22,248 nt of DNA from positions 1-22,248 of the IMG/VR virus record IMGVR_UViG_2778261418_000019; one strand, 5' to 3'. Source of the stretch: a virus. Its lineage: Duplodnaviria > Heunggongvirae > Uroviricota > Caudoviricetes. Positions 1 to 4,684 of the stretch are shown in pieces; the first letter of the stretch is position 1; every line of letters begins with the position of its first letter. Position numbers and translations under genes: made by a program. A model generated the notes under the pieces. That model was not told the origin of the DNA, searched no databases, and saw only the letters and a list, made by a program, of their open reading frames with translations.

Positions 1-300
1 GTGCAATATATTAAACTAAGTGAATATAAATTATTTCATCGTTATGATTATGAAGGCGATGTATGTATTAATGTGTTTTCGAATATGGTGATTTATTTTG
101 ATGGCTATGACCGTGTTGTACTTGATCGTAGTACAAATACCTTCACGTATCAAAATATTGAAACTGCAACCCAACAAGAAATAGAAGATTACACTACCAT
201 CAAAGAAGAATTGATCTTCCAGTACAGCACACTGATTGACGTCGAGAAATACATCTCAATTCAAGAAGAAATGAAGAAACTAAACGATATGTACGAATAA
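1..300 (+). CDS. hypothetical protein (99 aa; GTG at the window edge, possibly 5'-truncated)
   Basis: The frame is open from base 1 to TAA at 298-300, and a stem-loop follows a few nt downstream. No motif recognised. Confidence 0.5.
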   Translation: MQYIKLSEYKLFHRYDYEGDVCINVFSNMVIYFDGYDRVVLDRSTNTFTYQNIETATQQEIEDYTTIKEELIFQYSTLIDVEKYISIQEEMKKLNDMYE

Positions 301-302
301 AA

Positions 303-323
303 AAGCCCACTTAATGTGGGCTT
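303..323. terminator. bidirectional rho-independent terminator between convergent genes
   Basis: AAGCCCAC (303-310), loop TTAAT, GTGGGCTT (316-323). On the minus strand the stem is followed by TTTTTATT. On the plus strand it is followed by the weaker run CATTGTTTCATT. Confidence 0.6.
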
Positions 324-333
324 CATTGTTTCA

Positions 334-516
334 TTATACGGCTTTTTCTACATGGTACGCGGCGAAGTGAAAGGAAGTAAATGTACCCGACGCTGCGTTA
401 TTCTTATGTACGGTACGGTATTTGTTATCCTCACCTTTTACTACTGCCCCCATATATACATCGTTAACCATGATATCAGTGATGTTACCGCGTTCTAAGT
501 AAGTTACTGTATTCAT
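334..516 (-). CDS. hypothetical small protein (60 aa), the only convincing minus-strand gene
   Basis: ATG at 516 is preceded by AAGGGA with a 7-nt spacer. The track start at 549 is a TTG with no RBS. The gene has its own promoter-like element (557-584) and ends at the 303-323 hairpin. No motif recognised. Confidence 0.5.
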   Translation of the reverse strand: MNTVTYLERGNITDIMVNDVYMGAVVKGEDNKYRTVHKNNAASGTFTSFHFAAYHVEKAV

Positions 517-556
517 TATATATCCCTTCGTAGTAGTGTTTTGCTTCAATAAAGAC

Positions 557-584
557 AGTATACACTACCGTTAGTTACTATCAA
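557..584 (-). promoter_or_regulatory. sigma70-like promoter for the minus-strand gene
   Basis: Read on the minus strand: TTGATA (584-579), 16-nt spacer, TATACT (562-557). This lies about 40 nt upstream of the ATG at 516. Confidence 0.45.
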
Positions 585-617
585 GTGTTTTCTACTAATA
601 AAATATTTTAGTAACTA
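572..617. promoter_or_regulatory. 9-bp inverted repeat pair, candidate operator half-sites between divergent promoters
   Basis: TAGTTACTA (572-580) and TAGTAACTA (609-617) are exact reverse complements 28 nt apart. The left arm overlaps the minus -35. The right arm ends 3 nt before the plus -35. Confidence 0.35.
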
Positions 618-620
618 GTG

Positions 621-649
621 TTGACGTTAGATACTAATGATCCTAGTAT
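621..649 (+). promoter_or_regulatory. sigma70-like promoter for the rightward small-gene cluster
   Basis: TTGACG (621-626), 17-nt spacer, TAGTAT (644-649). The spacer and -10 contain the inverted repeat GATACTA (630-636) / TAGTATC (644-650). Confidence 0.4.
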
Positions 650-678
650 CAGTGGTGTCAATACAACGAGGACACAAC

Positions 679-765
679 ATGACGTTCACTATCACTAAAG
701 AGCATGTACTATTTGTAGTCATCATAACCTTGTTACTAATCGTAGGGAGTATCGAAAATGTCTAA
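679..765 (+). CDS. 28-aa hydrophobic mini-protein (MTFTITKEHVLFVVIITLLLIVGSIENV)
   Basis: Not in the ORF track because it is under 60 aa. ATG at 679 has GAGGA 5 nt upstream. One predicted TM helix. The 3' end overlaps the next ATG at 758. Confidence 0.35.
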   Translation: MTFTITKEHVLFVVIITLLLIVGSIENV

Positions 766-928
766 GGGTGTATCTACTGATTTGATCATTAAGGCACATG
801 ATTTAGGATTCAAGATTAACGAGATTGATAATCGTGTAACGGGAATGTTTCATATAGTAATTAGTTCCCGTCATAATGAGCGTGAATTATTCAGTATGTT
901 TCTTATGTCTGGTGGCTTGTTCCATTAG
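758..928 (+). CDS. hypothetical 56-aa protein ending at an in-frame TAG; the frame stays open a further 40 codons to TAA 1049-1051
   Basis: ATG at 758 follows GGGAG with an 8-nt spacer. The stop is TAG at 926-928. The same frame has no stop and no start codon until 1051, 4 nt before a 16-bp hairpin. Confidence 0.4.
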   Translation: MSKGVSTDLIIKAHDLGFKINEIDNRVTGMFHIVISSRHNERELFSMFLMSGGLFH

Positions 929-1055
929 GAAAAGAACATCAATTTACCTAAGAGTGTAACCGATAAGATCACTATTGCCCGATTCGATGGTGAACGTGCT
1001 TTCACTTCATTACTAGAAGTAGTATCCGAAGAAATTACTAACGTACATTAATCAA

Positions 1056-1094
1056 TTAACACTACTAGTACATTTTCGGTACTAGTAGTGTTAA
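1056..1094. repeat. perfect 16-bp inverted repeat with a 7-nt loop (hairpin; terminator or operator candidate)
   Basis: TTAACACTACTAGTAC (1056-1071), ATTTTCG, GTACTAGTAGTGTTAA (1079-1094). No U-tract follows. Confidence 0.45.
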
Positions 1095-1106
1095 TATGGA
1101 CACTCT

Positions 1107-1208
1107 ATGAAAAAATTAACCTTTACTTACCTTGCGGCTGCAAATTTCTTTTTCTTCATTGCTGGGATCTTTACATGCGTATTAGTTGTATTGCTGGTGG
1201 ACTTATAA
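1107..1208 (+). CDS. 33-aa hydrophobic mini-protein (MKKLTFTYLAAANFFFFIAGIFTCVLVVLLVDL)
   Basis: Read directly from the sequence. KK followed by a long hydrophobic stretch looks like a single-pass membrane peptide. Only a weak GGA lies upstream. It overlaps the alternative frame of the 1088-1372 ORF. Confidence 0.3.
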   Translation: MKKLTFTYLAAANFFFFIAGIFTCVLVVLLVDL

Positions 1209-1372
1209 CCGAAGTTTTCGACGATCACGACCGAAAGGTAGGGGCGGTCACTATGTCTAAGCATCCCCTACACATCAATAAGCCTTTTAGTGATGGTAAG
1301 ACGTGGCACACTACCTATAACGAAGCACTATTGAACTTACTAACTAGAAAACGCGTGAACATTAAGCTATGA
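1175..1372 (+). CDS. hypothetical protein (65 aa from ATG 1175; alternative start ATG 1253 gives 39 aa)
   Basis: The track ORF 1088-1372 begins with a GTG inside the hairpin arm, which is unlikely. Its 3' end is coupled to the next gene by an ATGA overlap at 1369-1372. Confidence 0.4.
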   Translation: MRISCIAGGLITEVFDDHDRKVGAVTMSKHPLHINKPFSDGKTWHTTYNEALLNLLTRKRVNIKL

Positions 1373-1590
1373 ATGATCTTAATGATCTAAACGTGCTCTA
1401 TATAGATACAGTACGAAAACTTACCGAAGAAGATCTACTACGTGATTTTGGTCTTACAAGTGAGATGATAAACACTTTGAAGGAGATCCCACTTGCAAAT
1501 ATAGGTAAACTAACCGAATGTACTCAGTTACTGTTAAAATCAAACGAGGCTGTACTATGGGAAGCATTAAAAGCATTACCGCAAAGATGA
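1369..1590 (+). CDS. 73-aa helical protein, possibly FlhD-like (weak, from memory)
   Basis: ATGA overlap with the upstream gene. RDFGLTSEMINTLKEIPLANIGKLTECTQLLLKSN lines up without gaps with E. coli FlhD [35 protein letters not shown], as I recall that sequence. Confidence 0.6.
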   Translation: MNDLNDLNVLYIDTVRKLTEEDLLRDFGLTSEMINTLKEIPLANIGKLTECTQLLLKSNEAVLWEALKALPQR

Positions 1591-2240
1591 TCAGTACGAT
1601 TCTTAATGATGATTTTCATGTAGGTATGTTGACTGCCGACGCAACAGGCCGCAATGCACTGGCAAACGTCAACGAAGAAGATATAGATACACTTATTCAA
1701 CGCCTGGAAGAAGTGAAAGACTATGTTAGTACACTTCGTACCGAGCGTATAAACGAAGCTAAGAAACTATTAGAATCACTTGTACAAGAGTCTGGTAGCT
1801 TCTCTAGTGTAGAGGAACTGCTTTCTACACTTGCCGTATCTTCTCCTGCTTCCATACCACAAAAAGCATCGAAGCCAAACGGCAATAAAATATTCGAAGT
1901 AGTCATAGTTGATAGCAAGAAGGACGAAAGAAGATCCTATAATGTAATCAATAAGAAGTTACCAGCGGCATTACTCAAGGATGAAGTATACATTCAGTTG
2001 GTTAAGAAGAATCCCGAACTATCAGACGTTGACGAGTTTTTACGGGCGTATAGTGAGGACTATCGCAAAAAATACCCGCTTAATGCGAAGTGGAACGGTC
2101 ATGAGTTCCATCTAAACCAGAAAGGGAAGATGAACGCGAAAGCACAGGAATACTACGCCGAGTACAAGAAGCAGTACCCCAAACAGGCCGACGAGCAAGA
2201 CTTCAAAGAGCTTGTTACTAAAGCCTATAAGGTAGCATAA
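1557..2240 (+). CDS. hypothetical protein (227 aa) with an H-NS-like N-terminal coiled-coil pattern and a K/Y-rich C-terminus
   Basis: ATG at 1557 follows GAGG with a 7-nt spacer (alternatives 1518 and 1587). EEDIDTLIQRLEEVKDYV...AKKLLESLVQESGSFSSVEELLSTL resembles an H-NS-type oligomerisation region. No TWTGRGRxP-type DNA-binding motif and no cysteines. Confidence 0.65.
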   Translation: MGSIKSITAKMISTILNDDFHVGMLTADATGRNALANVNEEDIDTLIQRLEEVKDYVSTLRTERINEAKKLLESLVQESGSFSSVEELLSTLAVSSPASIPQKASKPNGNKIFEVVIVDSKKDERRSYNVINKKLPAALLKDEVYIQLVKKNPELSDVDEFLRAYSEDYRKKYPLNAKWNGHEFHLNQKGKMNAKAQEYYAEYKKQYPKQADEQDFKELVTKAYKVA

Positions 2241-2247
2241 GAAGAAT

Positions 2248-2280
2248 AATAGCTACTACACAGATAAAGTAGTAGCTATT
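2248..2280 (+). terminator. perfect 12-bp stem-loop after the 1557-2240 gene (no U-tract)
   Basis: AATAGCTACTAC (2248-2259), loop ACAGATAAA, GTAGTAGCTATT (2269-2280). Confidence 0.4.
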
Positions 2281-2301
2281 ACTAAATATCATAGCTATAA
2301 T
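2273..2301 (+). promoter_or_regulatory. possible promoter for the lipoprotein cassette
   Basis: Consensus -10 TATAAT (2296-2301) sits 17 nt after a poor -35 TAGCTA (2273-2278) that lies in the hairpin arm. Confidence 0.3.
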
Positions 2302-2348
2302 AATTCACATCAAGCATCACTCCACACAATCACTAAAAGGAATTACTA

Positions 2349-2729
2349 ATGAAGCATCTCTTTGCCCTAGCTGTACTTGCTACTGCTACAATCACTACTG
2401 GCTGCACTACTACAATGCCTGCATTTATGAATGAAGCTGTAGTAGGTGATATTAACGGTCGTACACTAGTATTATTCCCCGTAAATGGTGGCAAAGAGTA
2501 TCGCCCACAATTCAGTAGTGATTGTCAGCCAATGCTATTAGGTGAAGAACGCCCATCTACTGGTAACTGTATTATTGCCGCCGCCCGCCTTACAAACATT
2601 CATAGCTACACCGAACATAAAGCCCACGGCCCCCACAAAAACACCACTAAGATAGTTGATCGTTCAAATAATTACGGTACAGAATTTGAGTTATCGAAAC
2701 CAACTAATTATATAGGCGATAATCTGTGA
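2349..2729 (+). CDS. putative lipoprotein (126 aa)
   Basis: AAGGA RBS. The N-terminus MKHLFALAVLATATITTGC is a signal peptide ending in a lipobox-like TTGC. Confidence 0.7.
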   Translation: MKHLFALAVLATATITTGCTTTMPAFMNEAVVGDINGRTLVLFPVNGGKEYRPQFSSDCQPMLLGEERPSTGNCIIAAARLTNIHSYTEHKAHGPHKNTTKIVDRSNNYGTEFELSKPTNYIGDNL

Positions 2730-2815
2730 TGAAGAAAACAATATTTGCCGTACTTTTAGTTATGGGGACTGCATATTACTATGATATAATAAAATATATT
2801 AATCCCACTTATTAA
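2729..2815 (+). CDS. 28-aa hydrophobic mini-protein (MKKTIFAVLLVMGTAYYYDIIKYINPTY)
   Basis: Its ATG overlaps the lipoprotein stop (TGATG at 2727-2731), suggesting translational coupling. The N-terminus is signal- or TM-like. Confidence 0.35.
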   Translation: MKKTIFAVLLVMGTAYYYDIIKYINPTY

Positions 2816-2908
2816 ATTGCAGTCGCCGTAATCAAAAACACTGTCATTATCTGGCATCAATAATGCCATTGATTCTGATAAAGTAGATAATCCCGAATGG
2901 ATGAATTT

Positions 2909-3289
2909 ATGAAAAAGATTGTACTGTCTGCATTACTGTTAGTAGCCCCTTCGGTACTGGCAGTAAATGTAATACTCCCTGATGATGGTCTGTATCGTTG
3001 CGGTGTTGAATCGTGGGAACAGGTAGGAAAGCGAGTAGTAAAGACTGGTTATTATGGTATGACTGGTTATGTGAGTATTGATAACCGTGCTGTTAGTGTG
3101 AAGTTTAGGGATGTGAATATTTCATTCAGCCCTGTTTCAAAACTTAAAAGCGGTCGCCTGATGGCCTATGCCGTAGATACTGACCAGTACGATATTATTA
3201 TTAGTGCAATCAATGGTAAAACACAGTATATGGTCAGCAATGAGAATAATCCCGTATTTTTGAACTTCTCCAATTGTATTATTGAATAA
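2909..3289 (+). CDS. secreted protein, paralog A (126 aa from ATG 2909; the track start 2897 is also possible)
   Basis: MKKIVLSALLLVAPSVLA|VN is a type I signal peptide. Cysteines sit near both ends of the mature protein (LYRC ... FSNC). Paralogous to 3299-3685. Confidence 0.7.
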   Translation: MKKIVLSALLLVAPSVLAVNVILPDDGLYRCGVESWEQVGKRVVKTGYYGMTGYVSIDNRAVSVKFRDVNISFSPVSKLKSGRLMAYAVDTDQYDIIISAINGKTQYMVSNENNPVFLNFSNCIIE

Positions 3290-3298
3290 GGAATAGAA

Positions 3299-3685
3299 AT
3301 GAAAAAGGTTATCGTATCTGCATTACTGTTAGTAGCTCCTTCGGTACTGGCTAACACTCACTCTCTACCAGAGCAGGGATTGTATCAATGTGATGTGAAA
3401 GTAGTTGAAATGCTGGGTGATACTCCAGTAGAAAAATCTTCTTATTCTGGTGCAGGTCACGCTAAAGTTAATAGTGATGGTTTTATCCTTAACTTCGGTG
3501 CAATGACTCACGCCACCGGACCAATAGAATCTAATGATTCAATGACAATGGCTTATGATAATGATAGGCAGCGATACTTCCTTGCAACAATGGGTAGTAA
3601 AGAGCAAAACGATATTACTTTTATCTTCTCATTGAGATCTGATACTCGTAATTACTACTTTCAAAACTGCGTTAAAATAAAATAA
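3299..3685 (+). CDS. secreted protein, paralog B (128 aa)
   Basis: AAGGAA RBS. MKKVIVSALLLVAPSVLA|NT is a signal peptide. Cysteines at LYQC ... FQNC. MAY and NC positions are shared with paralog A. Confidence 0.75.
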   Translation: MKKVIVSALLLVAPSVLANTHSLPEQGLYQCDVKVVEMLGDTPVEKSSYSGAGHAKVNSDGFILNFGAMTHATGPIESNDSMTMAYDNDRQRYFLATMGSKEQNDITFIFSLRSDTRNYYFQNCVKIK

Positions 3686-3696
3686 GGGATATATAT

Positions 3697-3906
3697 ATGT
3701 CAGAGAAACTAATTAAAGCAATCCGTAATATTACGGAATATAATATGAGTATTGAGCGTATCATTGTTAGTACCGAAGACCAGCAACACTATTATAGTAT
3801 TAATCCTTATAAGGAAACTGTAATAAAGGTAGCAGACCAATACGGCAAACCAATTGAAGGAGAAGTAGAAATACCACAAATACCGCCATTATTCGATACT
3901 AACTAA
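3697..3906 (+). CDS. hypothetical protein (69 aa)
   Basis: AAGGGA RBS 7 nt upstream. A strong terminator follows directly. Confidence 0.6.
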   Translation: MSEKLIKAIRNITEYNMSIERIIVSTEDQQHYYSINPYKETVIKVADQYGKPIEGEVEIPQIPPLFDTN

Positions 3907-3912
3907 TAATAT

Positions 3913-3940
3913 AGCCCACTAATAAAAGTGGGCTTTTTTA
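3913..3940 (+). terminator. rho-independent terminator
   Basis: AGCCCAC (3913-3919), 8-nt loop, GTGGGCT (3928-3934), then TTTTTT. The stem sequence matches the hairpin at 303-323. Confidence 0.8.
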
Positions 3941-3951
3941 TTCCTGCCTAA

Positions 3952-3978
3952 ATACTCCTATACATGCAATAGGAGTAT
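3952..3978 (+). promoter_or_regulatory. hairpin that sequesters the RBS of the 3985 gene
   Basis: ATACTCCTAT (3952-3961) pairs with ATAGGAGTAT (3969-3978) across the loop ACATGCA. The right arm contains the AGGAG Shine-Dalgarno at 3971-3975. Confidence 0.35.
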
Positions 3979-3984
3979 CCCACC

Positions 3985-4371
3985 ATGAATACAATCTACC
4001 TACACTTCCCTGATGGAACGTATAAGGCCATAGAAAGCACCACAGGCCGACAGGAATCAGGATACATACCATCACGCAAGGATAAGCTAATAACCGCTCA
4101 TATCATCACACAGGACGGTTACGAGCTATTCATAGATACCTATACACTAACGCTTAAGTATAAATACATTACATTAAACTACTCACGCTTCACCATAGGC
4201 CGTACTAATTACCCTATCAATGCACTAGATACATTCAGCGGTAGTGAGCTACCACACTTAACCCGACTAAGGGAACTACGCGACGAGATCTTACAGTACC
4301 GTACCGTAGATGGTCTGCCTATCTCTTATCGTTGTGATGTAATCGTTAGTAATATGGTGATACTCAAGTAG
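3985..4371 (+). CDS. hypothetical protein (128 aa)
   Basis: AGGAG RBS. Ends in TAG, followed two codons later by an in-frame TAA. No motif recognised. Confidence 0.65.
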   Translation: MNTIYLHFPDGTYKAIESTTGRQESGYIPSRKDKLITAHIITQDGYELFIDTYTLTLKYKYITLNYSRFTIGRTNYPINALDTFSGSELPHLTRLRELRDEILQYRTVDGLPISYRCDVIVSNMVILK

Positions 4372-4684
4372 ATTGCATAAGAAGTGCATAACGGCATGGG
4401 TGGCATGATTCTGCACTGATAGGTGATACCTATCAACATTATGTACAATTTGTGCGATCTTATCGAAAAAAGATGAAATTAATTAAAATAAAGGTTGACA
4501 AATAAAAATATAATAGGTTCTCCCAAAAAACGGCAAATAGAGCGAGTTTTCGCCGCGAATTGCAAATAAAATTCGTGGAAAATTTTACAAAGAACAAACA
4601 AAACTATAGATAAAATCTATCAGTACAGAAATAGATAGGAAATATCAATCAATGGAAAAGAATAAAAAGTGAATAGGAAATCAC
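4372..4684 (+). other. 313-nt non-coding region upstream of terS; probable cos and terminase-binding region
   Basis: No ORF. Very AT-rich with one small GC island. Repeated GATAG-type motifs: the inverted pair TGATAGGT/ACCTATCA (4417-4435), ATAGATA (4606-4612), GATAGAT inverted (4615-4621) and ATAGATA (4631-4637). Direct TGCATAA repeats at 4374 and 4385. The position matches lambda cos, immediately upstream of Nu1. Confidence 0.4.
4549..4559. other. GC-rich palindrome TTCGC-C-GCGAA, candidate cosN nicking centre
   Basis: It is the only GC-rich, two-fold symmetric element in the AT-rich leader of a Nu1/GpA-type terminase operon. Confidence 0.2.

Noticed and set aside
316-498. Plus-strand 60-aa ORF in the track
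   Set aside because: It starts with a GTG inside the terminator stem and has no RBS. It is antisense to the better-supported minus-strand gene, which has a promoter, an RBS and a terminator.
926-928. Genome-wide TAG reassignment (stop codon recoding)
   Set aside because: All long structural ORFs are intact under the standard code, and 3985-4371 ends at TAG next to non-coding DNA. A single in-frame TAG does not support recoding.
1088-1174. 5' extension of the 1088-1372 ORF
   Set aside because: The GTG start lies within the right arm of the 16-bp hairpin, and the encoded N-terminus (MLIWTLYEKINLYLPCGCKFLFLHCW) looks non-genic. The alternative frame encodes a cleaner TM peptide.
2852-2891. Small hairpin TGGCAT-CAATA-ATGCCA and a possible promoter ATGCCA-17-GATAAT upstream of paralog A
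   Set aside because: The stem is only 6 bp. The inferred transcript start would leave about 10 nt of leader before ATG 2909 and would exclude ATG 2897. This is too weak to report as a feature.
4495-4515. Consensus TTGACA (4495-4500) and TATAAT (4510-4515) in the terS leader
   Set aside because: The spacer is only 9 nt, so the two boxes cannot act together as a sigma70 promoter. No acceptable -10 lies 16-18 nt after the TTGACA.
4372-4684. tRNA or small RNA gene in the long intergenic region
   Set aside because: I could not find a cloverleaf-compatible arrangement or a T-loop GTTCRANNC box. The only strong structures are short palindromes, which are better explained as protein-binding sites.
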